From a virus (lineage: Duplodnaviria; Heunggongvirae; Uroviricota; Caudoviricetes): a DNA stretch of 64,000 bases. The notes below the pieces were generated by a model. That model was not told where the DNA came from. It searched no databases and saw only the letters and a list, made by a program, of their open reading frames with translations. The stretch lies in the IMG/VR virus record IMGVR_UViG_3300005613_000043. One strand, written 5' to 3'. The position numbers and the translations under genes were made by a program. Positions 10,091 through 20,640 of this stretch are shown here, in pieces (within the stretch, counting starts at the first letter, position 1; each line of letters starts with the position of its first letter).

Positions 10091-10112
10091 CTTATAAGTT
10101 CAACCCTTATGT
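10091..10112 (+). repeat. 22-bp element cttataagttcaacccttatgt (copy 1) containing the palindrome CTTATAAG and a 5-bp stem / 7-nt loop hairpin
   Basis: identical 22-mer at 22744..22765; TTATAA lies 25-28 nt upstream of the SD-less ATG at 10123. Confidence 0.6.
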
Positions 10113-10122
10113 TTTAATATCT

Positions 10123-11247
10123 ATGTTTGATAAACTCGATATTGGGGAAGTTTCTGGCGATAATATTCTGGATTATCCAGTAGATGAAAAATTAGCGGAA
10201 TCCGTATTTAATTTCGGAATACCGCTTCCATATGTAATTAAAAACGCAATTTTAATTTCTCCTGGAACTTGGAATAAATTTTATTATAATAAAGATTCAA
10301 TCAAAAAAGCCCATCGGATGACCGATTGGGAGGACAAATCAATTAAAAATCTTTATTTAGACCATGCGGATGACAAGACATCCCAATGGGTAGGTAATGT
10401 TTCTAACCTTAAGTGTATTAACGGCACAGAATACGGCGACCTTAACATCTTTGACCCGATTACTGCGGTCAAAATGGCTAAAGGAAAACCCAAATTCGGA
10501 ATAAGCCCACGGGTTAGAGGGCGGGCTGAAGAAGGAATTATGAAAGAGTTTACATTTGAGAACTTCAGCTTTGTAATTAATCCTGCCGTTAAGACAACTT
10601 ATATTAACAATATGGAGGTAAAAACAATGGAATTCAAACTTCAAGAGGAAGGTGAAGCCAAAGTCGAAACCCCAAAACCAGAAGAAGAAACAAAAGAAGA
10701 AGCAAAAGAAGAATTAGCAAAGAAAAAGGAAGAGCCAAAAGAAGAAGAGATGAAAAAAAAGAAAGAACCAGAAGAAGAAGAAATGAAGAAAAAGAAAGAC
10801 TATGGATATCCAAAAGAAGAACTCTCTGAATGGAGCGACAAGATTAAAAAATGGTGCAAAGCACATCCAGGAAAAGGAGTCAAAGAAGCAATAGCGGCAA
10901 TTAAAAAAGAGATGGAAGAAGTCGAAATGGCTTCTGAAGACAAAAGATTCAAAGAAATACTTCAGGAAGTCTTAGAGATAATGAAAAAGAAAACAAAAGA
11001 AGAAGAGCCAGACGAGTATCCATACAAAAAGAAATTATCAGAAATGCAAGAGGAACTCGCAAGCAGAGATAAAGCAATAGAAGAACTTAAAGAACAGACA
11101 ATGAAACTTGAACAAAGGTTAAACAAACCAGCAGAGAGAATAACGGTTAAATCTGAAGAGCCAACAACTCAAATGTTGTCTTATTCAGATGAAAATTTCC
11201 TTGAGTTCTTAAGAGAAGACGGTCAAGGAAAAGCGGAGATGGTATAA
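10123..11247 (+). CDS. head scaffolding protein, possibly fused to an N-terminal prohead-protease-like domain
   Basis: C-terminal half is an E/K-rich predicted coiled coil (EEEMKKKKEPEEEEMKKKK); lies directly upstream of the capsid gene; no SD, TTATAA box 25-28 nt upstream, so possibly leaderless. Confidence 0.5.
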   Translation: MFDKLDIGEVSGDNILDYPVDEKLAESVFNFGIPLPYVIKNAILISPGTWNKFYYNKDSIKKAHRMTDWEDKSIKNLYLDHADDKTSQWVGNVSNLKCINGTEYGDLNIFDPITAVKMAKGKPKFGISPRVRGRAEEGIMKEFTFENFSFVINPAVKTTYINNMEVKTMEFKLQEEGEAKVETPKPEEETKEEAKEELAKKKEEPKEEEMKKKKEPEEEEMKKKKDYGYPKEELSEWSDKIKKWCKAHPGKGVKEAIAAIKKEMEEVEMASEDKRFKEILQEVLEIMKKKTKEEEPDEYPYKKKLSEMQEELASRDKAIEELKEQTMKLEQRLNKPAERITVKSEEPTTQMLSYSDENFLEFLREDGQGKAEMV

Positions 11248-12411
11248 ATGGTTTCATTCAACTTAGAATATAAAGAGGAAAAAAACAAATTCCCTTGGAA
11301 GAGCTATAACTTAGCCACAACTGTTACAGCAGCAAGTACAACAAGAGGTTCATCAAGCGAAACAGTTTATGGTTTGCAACCAATGGGCTTTCTTAAAAAG
11401 TCAATTGACGCAGCAAGAGAAAACATGAGATTCATGGAAGTCGTAAGGCAAGAAGTAATGCCGCCTGGATTCAAAGATTGGGCAATCCCAAAAAGGAAAA
11501 CCTATCTTGCGGATTCGAGCTGGGAAACTTCAGCATCAGAATACGCAGCCCACACAGCATCAGCAGCCACAGGAGAAATAATATGGACAAACATAGACAC
11601 AATGGACAGTGTAATCGTAACTCCTACCAGATATAACTACGGAGTCGCATTAACTAACGATGCAATCAGAAAACATTTACTTAACTTAGTCAATTATGCG
11701 AACGAGGAATTGTCTTACAAATACGAAAACTCAATTGACAATGCAATTAGAGACGCAATATTCGGAACATGCACAACTGGAACAGCAACAGAGCCAACAC
11801 CAATGAGTGATTCAGTTAATGGAGCTCAGACAATTTTCGGCGGAGACGCAACAGATGCCAGTGATAACTTAGATACAGGGGACATATTAACGCCTGAGAT
11901 GATAAAGAAAGCTAAAAGACTTCTAATGAGTACAAAAGGTTACTACTGGGATAGCAATACTCATACAGTTTCATCCACAGCTAAAAATGCTTGGTCGCCA
12001 ACTGATGCAGAGCCATTCGTTCTTTTCGTTGCTCCTGAGCAAATGGAAAGTTTGATGAATGATTCTCAATTCACAAATGCGGCTGAGTTCGGAAGTCAAG
12101 AGCCAGTTTTAACAGGACAGGTAGCAAAATACTGCGGAATTAGGATAATCGAAACTACAAAAGTTCCATCATTTACAGACAACGACAACATAGATGTGCA
12201 AGCATCAAACTTAACAATGGATTTAGATGGTCATATCTGTGCACTGGTTAAGGCACAAAGATGTGGAGCAATGGTTTGGGGACAAAAGGCAGAATTTAAG
12301 ACATTTGACTGGCCTATAGGAGACCAGAAAAGAATGACTTTGAGCATGTCTTATGGAGTAGGCACGATTCACCCCGATGGGATAGTTCGACTAGTCGTAG
12401 CAGATGCTTAG
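11248..12411 (+). CDS. major capsid protein (HK97-fold, putative)
   Basis: 387 aa, follows the scaffold with a TAAATG junction; followed by a T7 tract and hairpins; order terL-portal-scaffold-MCP. Confidence 0.62.
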   Translation: MVSFNLEYKEEKNKFPWKSYNLATTVTAASTTRGSSSETVYGLQPMGFLKKSIDAARENMRFMEVVRQEVMPPGFKDWAIPKRKTYLADSSWETSASEYAAHTASAATGEIIWTNIDTMDSVIVTPTRYNYGVALTNDAIRKHLLNLVNYANEELSYKYENSIDNAIRDAIFGTCTTGTATEPTPMSDSVNGAQTIFGGDATDASDNLDTGDILTPEMIKKAKRLLMSTKGYYWDSNTHTVSSTAKNAWSPTDAEPFVLFVAPEQMESLMNDSQFTNAAEFGSQEPVLTGQVAKYCGIRIIETTKVPSFTDNDNIDVQASNLTMDLDGHICALVKAQRCGAMVWGQKAEFKTFDWPIGDQKRMTLSMSYGVGTIHPDGIVRLVVADA

Positions 12412-12463
12412 ACTTAGGTTTCAACCAAAAGGAATTTAAAGGCAAACTTTAGTGGTAGCTTGA

Positions 12464-12470
12464 TTTTTTT
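12464..12470 (+). terminator. T7 tract downstream of the capsid gene (archaeal-type oligo-T terminator candidate)
   Basis: gattttttt 50 nt after the MCP stop. Confidence 0.25.
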
Positions 12471-12495
12471 GGCTATCGTATTATATTTACAATGT

Positions 12496-12529
12496 GACCC
12501 GTAGGGTCAATAAGTGGCTCGAAAGAGCC
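12496..12529 (+). other. two adjacent short hairpins (gacccgtagggtc; ggctcgaaagagcc with a GNRA-like loop) in the MCP/fibre intergenic leader
   Basis: perfect 5-bp stems read directly from the sequence. Confidence 0.4.
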
Positions 12530-12558
12530 CTTTACAATAAATATGGAGGAAAAAAAAT

Positions 12559-15501
12559 ATGGCAATTAGAACATCTTACATAAAATGTCATAGAACAGAC
12601 AAAACTTCGACACTTTCTGGAAATTTAGCAGTAACGGGAACTTCAGCATTTACTGGAAATGTAACCTTAACAGGAGACTTAACAATAGGCGGAAGTATGA
12701 CTTTTGGCGATGCTTCTGTAGATACGTTAACTGTCAATGGAACAGCGAGTTTTAATACAAATGCAACATTTACTCTAAGCGATGCAGAAACAGTTACTAT
12801 TGCAGGAACAACAACTGATGACGCTTTGTTGATTTCGGCAGTTGCGACAGATTCTGCAATTGAGGTGAGTAGCGCCAATGCTTATGGGTTAAAACTCAGT
12901 GGAGCAAACACTACAGCAGCGATTGCAATTACTGGAACGAACACAGGAAGAGCTTTAAGAATAGGAACAAAAGAAAGTGCAGCAACTTCACTAACTATTT
13001 CTTCGGGTAAAAGCGTTGATGCAGAACCAGCAAATAACTATTTATTCGGTTTGTTTACAAAAGTAGCAAGCGATGAATCAGCAATAACAGATGAGTTAAG
13101 AAGTGCTTGGATTAGAACAAGAGTCAATGAGGGATGTCATGTAGGTCAAAGTGCTGGATATGGATACGGAGTTTGCGGTGCTGAAATTCAGCTTAAAATA
13201 TATGCTGATGGAGCGGCAACAAATTTGTATTCTTGGCAGAACTCAGCAGTATGGGCACAGTTAGAAACACAAGGAGCTTCAGGGGTAGTATTCAAAGATG
13301 GAAGCAATGTTCAAGCGATTTTAGCTAATGTGGGAATGACAAGTACAACAACAATTAATGATGGAGCAATCGTATCAGGAGTTCTAATCAATACGAACAC
13401 ATCAACAAGTGATGTTACAATAGATTCTGGAGGGCTTTATTACGGTTTATTTGTAACTGATGTAAGTCCTTCTCATTTAGACTTTACAGCAGGAGTAGTG
13501 ATAGACGATGATGTAGCAACTACAGGCATGCAAATCGGAAATTGTACAACAGGAATCAAATTAGATGGAACATTTACGGATGGTATTAGGATGATGGGTG
13601 ACGAAGCTTATAATCCGATACACATTGGTACAAAAGCGAATACAGCAACTGGCGGGCTTAATATGAATGGACAAGATTCATATGATGAGCATGGAGGAAT
13701 AATGATATTTGGCGATGATGGAGGAGTTGCTTTGGCAACTACATATACAACATCATTATTTTGGTCAAGATATCTAATAACAGCAAACCAAACAAGCAAC
13801 ACAGCTACAGGAGCATATCTACAGATGAAGCTTAAAAAAGCTTCAGGAAGTTTGGACCTTACAACTGTTGATTATTCAGCAGCAAAAACATACATTGAAA
13901 CAGACTGTGCGGTTGATGTAAAAAGCGGGGGTTTATTTGTAATAAACTCTACACTTGAAATGGGAGATGACCTTACAAATACAGCAGGAATAGTAGCAGG
14001 AATTAATGTAGAGCTTAATGATGGAACAAATACTCTTACAGATACAGCAGTAAATAGTTCTGGTATTCTTATCAGAAAGAATGCTAGTTCAACAGCTGGA
14101 TGGCCAGTAGGATTAAATATAGAAGCTAGTGGAGCCACAACAGGAATTAAAATTGGAACTTGTACCACTGGAATTAGCATTGGTAATGCACCAACTGGAA
14201 TTACATTTACAGATGTAGGTGCGGCAACAGAACATTTAATTGATGTAGTAGACGCATACACAGGAATGGTAATAGAAACAGGAACATACCAAAGTTCAGC
14301 AGATGGAGGAGTAATATTATCTGATACAAATACGAGACCAGTTAGTTTCTTGTTTGATGATAGTGCAGCCGCATTAACAGGAAATAATAGAGCAGTATTA
14401 TCAAGGATATATCTTGCTGAAAGTCAAGGAAGCGGTGGAACAATTGTTTCAATACAAGGTCAGCTAAAAATTGCTGATGACAAGGATTTCAGTGCTGGAA
14501 GATTCTGTGGAGTTGATGGCTACATGGAATTTGGAGGTACTACGGATATAAATAGCGGTGCTTATGTATCTGCTATAAATGCTAGAATTGATGTACCAGC
14601 AAGTGAAACTGTTGAGGTAAAAACTGGTGGATATTTATGTGGAATACATATACATACAACTGGAACAGGAACATTAACTTCAAGTGGAAATAGTTATGGT
14701 ATTTACATAAATGACCAAGGCACAGTAGACGACTGGGAATATGGTATTAGTGTCAATAACTCTGCAACAGGAATTGAAATCGCTACTTGTGCAACAGATG
14801 GTCTTAGTTTCCCAACAGGAAGTACATATGGAACATCAGCAATTAACATGGGTACTTTCGCAGCACCGATAAGTTATGCTACAACTGGAAAAAAATTGGT
14901 TCAGATGTATGGAGCATATACGGGAACAAGCGGTTCATTTACTGGATTCAGAATGAGAGCAAGAGGAAACAGTGCAAGTGGAACAGCAAGTATAACAAGT
15001 GCTTTGATACAAGCGGATGTTATAGCGAGTAAATATGCACAGGATTGCATCGGATTGAATGTTGAAACAATCGCAAAAGATAGTGCAACATTAGCTTCAG
15101 GAGGATGGTTTAGTGCAGGACAATTTAAAGTAGAAGATGAATATGCAACAGGCGGTTCAGGAAGCGCACCTACTTTTGGCGGGCACGTAGCATGCTTGAG
15201 ATTGATGGGAAACATAAGTGCTAATCCAACTAATACATATACAGCTATATTCATTGATTGTCAATCAGGTACAGGTGGACAAGAAGCTTTTGATAGTTTA
15301 ATCCATGTTCAAGCTTCAGGGCAAAACTCAGCGATAGAACATTTCTTAACAACTGGAGATAGTTATGCAACTTTGTATACAGCAAGCAAGTGGATAGTAA
15401 ATGAAACACCAGATGATGCATTAGGAAGTGCGGCAGGATGTTTAAGGATTGATTTAAATGGAACAGACTATTACATACCATTTTTCGATTCAGTAACATA
15501 A
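12559..15501 (+). CDS. 980-aa Thr/Gly/Ala-rich beta-helical repeat structural protein (head fibre / decoration or fibre protein)
   Basis: No signal peptide; repeated Cys-containing motif IG.CTTGI (QIGNCTTGIKLDG, KIGTCTTGISIGN, EIATCATDGLSF); strong GGAGG SD; 10-bp perfect hairpin 11 nt after the stop. Confidence 0.5.
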   Translation: MAIRTSYIKCHRTDKTSTLSGNLAVTGTSAFTGNVTLTGDLTIGGSMTFGDASVDTLTVNGTASFNTNATFTLSDAETVTIAGTTTDDALLISAVATDSAIEVSSANAYGLKLSGANTTAAIAITGTNTGRALRIGTKESAATSLTISSGKSVDAEPANNYLFGLFTKVASDESAITDELRSAWIRTRVNEGCHVGQSAGYGYGVCGAEIQLKIYADGAATNLYSWQNSAVWAQLETQGASGVVFKDGSNVQAILANVGMTSTTTINDGAIVSGVLINTNTSTSDVTIDSGGLYYGLFVTDVSPSHLDFTAGVVIDDDVATTGMQIGNCTTGIKLDGTFTDGIRMMGDEAYNPIHIGTKANTATGGLNMNGQDSYDEHGGIMIFGDDGGVALATTYTTSLFWSRYLITANQTSNTATGAYLQMKLKKASGSLDLTTVDYSAAKTYIETDCAVDVKSGGLFVINSTLEMGDDLTNTAGIVAGINVELNDGTNTLTDTAVNSSGILIRKNASSTAGWPVGLNIEASGATTGIKIGTCTTGISIGNAPTGITFTDVGAATEHLIDVVDAYTGMVIETGTYQSSADGGVILSDTNTRPVSFLFDDSAAALTGNNRAVLSRIYLAESQGSGGTIVSIQGQLKIADDKDFSAGRFCGVDGYMEFGGTTDINSGAYVSAINARIDVPASETVEVKTGGYLCGIHIHTTGTGTLTSSGNSYGIYINDQGTVDDWEYGISVNNSATGIEIATCATDGLSFPTGSTYGTSAINMGTFAAPISYATTGKKLVQMYGAYTGTSGSFTGFRMRARGNSASGTASITSALIQADVIASKYAQDCIGLNVETIAKDSATLASGGWFSAGQFKVEDEYATGGSGSAPTFGGHVACLRLMGNISANPTNTYTAIFIDCQSGTGGQEAFDSLIHVQASGQNSAIEHFLTTGDSYATLYTASKWIVNETPDDALGSAAGCLRIDLNGTDYYIPFFDSVT

Positions 15502-15511
15502 GAAATTCATT

Positions 15512-15535
15512 TCTTTCTTTTTTTTAAAAGAAAGA
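15512..15535 (+). terminator. perfect 10-bp AT hairpin tctttctttt-tttt-aaaagaaaga after the 980-aa gene
   Basis: palindrome verified by eye; 11 nt after the stop codon. Confidence 0.4.
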
Positions 15536-15588
15536 TTAAAAAAGACAGAAATTCAATATTAAACAGAAAGGTTTAGAGGTGAAACGAA

Positions 15589-15915
15589 ATGAGAAAAATC
15601 AATCTAACAAACTATATGGTTCAAGTTAGAACTCAAGAAGGAATAACAGAAATACCTTATGATGTGAAGGAAGCTTTAAGCAATATTATTTTCCATCCCG
15701 AATTAAAACTCGGTGGAAGGGAAATAATCTTAAGGGGCAAACTCGGTGAGAAAATCGACAAAGCAGACAAGGAAATCATTTTAGAAGAAACAGAATATAA
15801 TAAGATAAAACAGGCATTTGAAACAGTAAAGGGATTCGGAAAGAATGAACTTGAATTATGTAAAAGAGTCTTGGAAGCAGAACTGATAGAAGTCGAAGAA
15901 AAGAAGAAAAAATGA
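15589..15915 (+). CDS. hypothetical protein
   Basis: ORF track; SD GAGGTGA upstream. Confidence 0.4.
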   Translation: MRKINLTNYMVQVRTQEGITEIPYDVKEALSNIIFHPELKLGGREIILRGKLGEKIDKADKEIILEETEYNKIKQAFETVKGFGKNELELCKRVLEAELIEVEEKKKK

Positions 15916-16002
15916 CATCTAAATTAGGCTTGATTTAATTTCAAGGAGTAAATTATTTAACTCCTTTACTTAGTATTTAGTATAAAATAAGAAGGTGAAA
16001 AT

Positions 16003-16179
16003 ATGGGAACAGATGAAAGATTAGTCGCACCACCCCAACTAAGGGTAATAAAAGTATTGCCTCCTTTAGGAACAGCCCAAATAGGTGAGATGTTCCTTTT
16101 GATTGACGGTGGAGCCGACAATAATAAAATCCATGTTAGGACAGTATCTGGATGGATAAAAACAGCCGCATTATCTTAG
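16003..16179 (+). CDS. 58-aa hypothetical protein (MGTDERLVAPPQLRVIKVLPPLGTAQIGEMFLLIDGG...)
   Basis: unannotated small ORF with SD AAGGTGA 6 nt upstream. Confidence 0.3.
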   Translation: MGTDERLVAPPQLRVIKVLPPLGTAQIGEMFLLIDGGADNNKIHVRTVSGWIKTAALS

Positions 16180-16527
16180 GTGATGAAATTGGTTACGATT
16201 AAAGGCGGAATTAAGTTTAAAAGAGGAAAACCCCTTCCAGAGAAATTCGTAAAAGCAATTGGCGGGACTATTTTACCGTTTAAGGCGAGAGGATGGAAAT
16301 CCACTAAAGGAATGGACGCAATACCTGACGATTTCAAGAAAAAAGAAACTTTAGTTGAAAAGGTTATCAAGAAGGTCAAAAAAGAAGAACCATTCGCTTA
16401 TACTGAAAAATCACTTAGAGAAATGAAATTCAAAGATTTAAGAGAATTTGCAAAAGGATTCGGAGTAAAGGCAAGAAGCAGGGATGAGTTTATTAGAGAA
16501 TTAAAAGAAAAGGGAGTTGTTGGATAA
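16180..16527 (+). CDS. hypothetical Lys-rich protein
   Basis: ORF track; AGGTGATG start context. Confidence 0.35.
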   Translation: MMKLVTIKGGIKFKRGKPLPEKFVKAIGGTILPFKARGWKSTKGMDAIPDDFKKKETLVEKVIKKVKKEEPFAYTEKSLREMKFKDLREFAKGFGVKARSRDEFIRELKEKGVVG

Positions 16528-16820
16528 TGACTGTGAGCACGACAGATTATGGAACTATAATAGCTCATTTAGGGACATTTGCTGAGGTAATGGCAGCATT
16601 GACAGGCGTTCCATCAACAAAAATAATTGCCGTTTATTATGATGCAGGAGCTTCTAAAACTGTGGGGATACAAAAGAGCTGATATAATGGAAGAATTTAA
16701 AGGGCATAATTTAGAAGGAACTGATTTGGAAGAAGTCTTAGATAAGATATTCTCAAATGGAGTAACACCAGGACAAATAATTGGGATAGTAATTAAAGGA
16801 AAAATTTACCATGTGGCTTA

Positions 16821-17123
16821 TTGGACATACGAATAGGTGAATGGATGAAAATGGATTGGGTTAAGATTATTGGAAACAGTGGAATATCGTTTTTTTCCAC
16901 ACTTGTTTCGTTGTTAACTTTTGACGCTTTGGCAAATGTAGAAATGCCGATTCAAGCGTTTATATGTATTGCATTTTTCGTTTCGTTTATTCAGGGCGGG
17001 TTGACATTCTGCAAAGAGGTCGTAAAAAATAGGAATGGAATAGGAACTAAGGGGTATTCGAGAATGAAAGCTTCGAAAGCGAAAAAGACTTATACGTTAC
17101 TGGATAAAATTACATTATTTTGA
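16821..17123 (+). CDS. small membrane protein with two TM helices (holin-like candidate)
   Basis: two hydrophobic segments followed by a basic C-terminal tail. Confidence 0.3.
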   Translation: MDIRIGEWMKMDWVKIIGNSGISFFSTLVSLLTFDALANVEMPIQAFICIAFFVSFIQGGLTFCKEVVKNRNGIGTKGYSRMKASKAKKTYTLLDKITLF

Positions 17124-17145
17124 AACGATAGAATTGGTGAAATGA

Positions 17146-18438
17146 TTGAGATTGGGAATATGTATACCTTTATATAAAACAGTCAGTGCTAAGTTTTTTT
17201 CTAACTTCATCACTCGATTAATGGAATTGTTCAAGCACCCTAATCTTAAGATTGATGTAATTATGGTTACTTCTACCATAGTAGATGAAGCGAGAAATAA
17301 ACTAATTGAACAGGCATTAGATAGAAAATGTGATTTAATTTGGATGATAGATTCAGACTCTATGATTCAAAAAGGCACTTTTGAAAAATTATTAAAACAT
17401 GATGCTGATTTTGTCTCAGGGTTATACTTCTCAAAAGGGTATCCTTTTCATCCTATAGTTAGGGTTGAAAAAGATGGCATGTCTACTTACCTACATGATA
17501 TTGAGTTTGGAAAGGTTTACGAGGTTCAGGGAGTCGGGCTCGGATGCGCATTAGTTAAAACGAGTATATTTGACGGTCTTGAAAAGCCTTATTTTAAATT
17601 TGAATATAAACGGCTTGAGAATGGAATGCTTGATAAGGTTTCTGAAGATATCTACCTATGCAATTCATTAAGAAAGAAAGGAGTTAAGATACTACTTGAT
17701 ACAAACATAATTATAGGGCATGAGGGAGGCACTATCACTGATTTTGAATACAGGGCTAACAAACCATTTTTGGTTAAGATTTCAAAGATGCGAGACCAAG
17801 CATTGGAGGATTATTCAGAATTTGCTAAAATTTCGCTTAAACAAGCATGGGACAATTTCAGATTCGGGCTCTACCTATACGCCGATGAGTTTAATTTATT
17901 CTTTAAGGATAAAAAAATAACTAATGAGAATCTAATAAAATTCTACAAGACGGCTAAATATTCTATTCCTGACTTGCTTTATTGGCATCTTGGAAGCGAG
18001 AAAAAAATGTTTGATACCCAACTGGTTAATTACCTTAAAAATAAATACGATAAAAACATTGAAATTTTAGATTTTGGGTGCGGAGCTGGAATCAATGCTT
18101 CGCAACTATCACAAGAAGGGTTTAAAGTAACTGGAGCTGACCTTGACGGAAAAATGCTCAATTTCTTCAAGTTTAGGTGCAAAAAACATAATATTAAAAT
18201 GAATTTTATCGAACTTCCATTTAAAAAACCAATTAAGAAAAAGTTTGATGTAATTTTAGCCCTAGATGTATTAGAGCATATTCATGACAGCGAGTTTGAA
18301 AACACGATTAACCTTATTAAATCCCTTAAGAAACCAAATGGTGAAGTAATCGTAACCGCTCCATTTGGAAAGACAAGCATTCATCCTATGCATTTTGAGA
18401 ACTCATCAGAAAAAGAAAAAATGATTAGGGAATTATGA
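17146..18438 (+). CDS. bifunctional family-2 glycosyltransferase / class I SAM-dependent methyltransferase
   Basis: N-terminal GT-A features (IPLYK..., DSD DxD motif, LYFSKGYPFHP); C-terminal motif I LDFGCGAGINA and motif DVILALDVLEHI. Confidence 0.7.
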   Translation: MRLGICIPLYKTVSAKFFSNFITRLMELFKHPNLKIDVIMVTSTIVDEARNKLIEQALDRKCDLIWMIDSDSMIQKGTFEKLLKHDADFVSGLYFSKGYPFHPIVRVEKDGMSTYLHDIEFGKVYEVQGVGLGCALVKTSIFDGLEKPYFKFEYKRLENGMLDKVSEDIYLCNSLRKKGVKILLDTNIIIGHEGGTITDFEYRANKPFLVKISKMRDQALEDYSEFAKISLKQAWDNFRFGLYLYADEFNLFFKDKKITNENLIKFYKTAKYSIPDLLYWHLGSEKKMFDTQLVNYLKNKYDKNIEILDFGCGAGINASQLSQEGFKVTGADLDGKMLNFFKFRCKKHNIKMNFIELPFKKPIKKKFDVILALDVLEHIHDSEFENTINLIKSLKKPNGEVIVTAPFGKTSIHPMHFENSSEKEKMIREL

Positions 18439-18696
18439 TTTATTTTTAAATTTTTCAAGTTTCTTTTCACATTCTTCTTTTGTTCCTACAAATAATATCT
18501 GGTCAATCCCATCGTAATCCGCTTCTATTGGGCTTCCATCACAAAACCCGCAAATTGGAATTAAACAAACATTGGGTCGATTTTTGATAATTGCTATATC
18601 CCACATATATGCGAGAACATTTTCAATCCAATACCCCTCTTTTTCATTCTCAGAATTCTTCCAGATGGCATAGGTGTTTTGATTTGCTAGTATCAC
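18433..18696 (-). CDS. hypothetical protein
   Basis: ORF track. Confidence 0.3.
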   Translation of the reverse strand: MILANQNTYAIWKNSENEKEGYWIENVLAYMWDIAIIKNRPNVCLIPICGFCDGSPIEADYDGIDQILFVGTKEECEKKLEKFKNKS

Positions 18697-18916
18697 ACCA
18701 TACTAAGATTCAATACCAAAATTTTCATATTTCATTTTATCCAACCTCCTTTTTTTAAAAATATTTTTATCATTTTTTTTTGTTATCATTAAGTAAGTAT
18801 AATTAAGGGATAGATGGGATAGATATTTATCATACTACTCCTTTTAATTTTAATATCCATTTTTTAATTCAGATAGTATATTCGTAATCTATGACATCTA
18901 TACCTGTGTATATATA

Positions 18917-20446
18917 TTATAATCTATGTTGTTCATTTACGGACTCTTTAAAATCAACCCCCTTATACGCTGGTAATCCATTTTTTTTACAAGTTCCACA
19001 TCCAGTTGTTTGTAAAAATATTCTTCCAAACAATATTTGGTTCTCTTCTGATGATTCATTCATTTTACAATAATCCTTATATTTGCTCCACACTTCCCTT
19101 TTAGTGAGTGAGCTATATTCATCTGTAAGAATTATTTCTTCTTCAATAAAAGCATCGATTGAATTTGAGTGTTTTTCCCATAATTTCTTAATATCATGCT
19201 TAGTGAATGGATAATTGCTAAATCCTTTATTTTTTAAAAGGCGTTCTAAACCATCAACAGACCATTTAAATATGCCATCAATTTCTTCGACTAATTCTTC
19301 TTCAAGATTTGGTTTTATTTCTTCTGGTGTCAAAACCTTATTAAATTCAATGTAAATCCATCTTCTGTAGAACTCAAGACCTTTTCGTGGTGTTCTCGGT
19401 AATTTGTTACAACTAAATATTAGTTTGCACATATTTTTGAAAGTAATTTCTGGATGGTTTTTTTTTGCACCTCCACCGTATTTATCACCAGTCATTGAAA
19501 GAAATTTTCCAACATTTTTTAGACCTGAAGCGTCTAAATCAGGGCATATATTGGCGAGTATGTTTTGAAGGTATGCTGATGCGAATGTGTTTTTTGTGAT
19601 ATGTTGGAGTGACATTGTTTTGATATTCCTTTCTCCAAGCATTGTTGATAAGATAGATAACAATGTTGATTTTCCAGTGTTCTCTTTTCCTCTGAGCATT
19701 AAAGCCATTTGAAAACGAATATCTTTTAAAAGACAATATCCAAAAAACTCTTGGATTGTGTCAATCTTCCACTCATCCCCTTCCTTTTCAACAACTCTAT
19801 TTTTTAACCACTCTAAAAATTTTGGACATTCTGCGTCTGAATTGTAGTTTACTGGTAACTTATATGTAAAAAAATACTTTGGGTTGTGGGGAATTATTCC
19901 CAATGTCTCTAAATCTAAAATACCGTTTTCTACAGGGATTTTATTAACTTCGTTATTAATTTCATCTCTATCAATGAACGTTGTATCCCTCACAAAACCA
20001 ACGGTTTCACCAACATGATAATTTTTTGTCTTTTCTCCCAATATCCCTCTAACAGATTGTTTAATCAAATGTTTTCCAAGAACATAGATTCCGTTTTTAT
20101 AAACATGAATTTCTTCCGTATCAGATGGTGTCTTAAAAATATATTTTTCTTTAATTTCATCAGCCATTCGTTTGGGAATGAATCCTTTTAGAGTTTCTTC
20201 ATTCTCAAAATAAATCCCTATATTTTTATTAGGTCTAAGTTCATAGACCACATCTTTAGAATTAAAGACTAAAATATCATCAAGAATTTTTGACACCTCT
20301 AAAGCATCAAACTTCTTTTCTTCTACAAATTCCTTAATCACGTAATCTTTGTCTTTGATTGTATAATACTGTCTCTCCATCATCCATTTAACTAATGAAT
20401 CTTTAATGTTTGTAGTTTCGAGTGGTAGAGTAGTTAATGAACTCAT
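18917..20446 (-). CDS. DNA primase/helicase, D5/P4-type (SF3 NTPase C-terminal domain)
   Basis: Walker A LMLRGKENTGKSTLLSILSTMLGERN followed by IFSCNKLP motif-C-like segment; overall architecture of phage/plasmid primase P4 C-terminal family. Confidence 0.62.
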   Translation of the reverse strand: MSSLTTLPLETTNIKDSLVKWMMERQYYTIKDKDYVIKEFVEEKKFDALEVSKILDDILVFNSKDVVYELRPNKNIGIYFENEETLKGFIPKRMADEIKEKYIFKTPSDTEEIHVYKNGIYVLGKHLIKQSVRGILGEKTKNYHVGETVGFVRDTTFIDRDEINNEVNKIPVENGILDLETLGIIPHNPKYFFTYKLPVNYNSDAECPKFLEWLKNRVVEKEGDEWKIDTIQEFFGYCLLKDIRFQMALMLRGKENTGKSTLLSILSTMLGERNIKTMSLQHITKNTFASAYLQNILANICPDLDASGLKNVGKFLSMTGDKYGGGAKKNHPEITFKNMCKLIFSCNKLPRTPRKGLEFYRRWIYIEFNKVLTPEEIKPNLEEELVEEIDGIFKWSVDGLERLLKNKGFSNYPFTKHDIKKLWEKHSNSIDAFIEEEIILTDEYSSLTKREVWSKYKDYCKMNESSEENQILFGRIFLQTTGCGTCKKNGLPAYKGVDFKESVNEQHRL

Positions 20447-20640
20447 CTGAATGACCTCCTCACATTCATTATATCACTTAGAGAAATCGCAATAACACCA
20501 ATTTTTTTATCATCTAATGACAAAAAATTTTCATCAAAATCCAACAATCTGCCTTCGTATTTAAAACCATTTTTCAGGATTATAAATAACCTTTCATTTT
20601 TGTTAATTTTTAGAACATCATACACTATATTTTTTTTCAT
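20443..20640 (-). CDS. Sm-like (LSm/Hfq-fold) small protein
   Basis: FIILKNGFKYEGRLLDFDENFLSLDD...IAISLSDIMNV fits the Sm1/Sm2 pattern; ATGA-coupled to the primase gene. Confidence 0.4.
   Translation of the reverse strand: MKKNIVYDVLKINKNERLFIILKNGFKYEGRLLDFDENFLSLDDKKIGVIAISLSDIMNVRRSFR

Noticed and set aside
10091-10112. The 22-bp repeat as the 3' end of a tRNA (attP-like core), since ATAAG-TTCAACC-CTTAT mimics a T-arm
   Set aside because: No acceptor-stem complement, no CCA or discriminator context, and the two copies diverge immediately on both sides. No integrase gene was found anywhere in the window.
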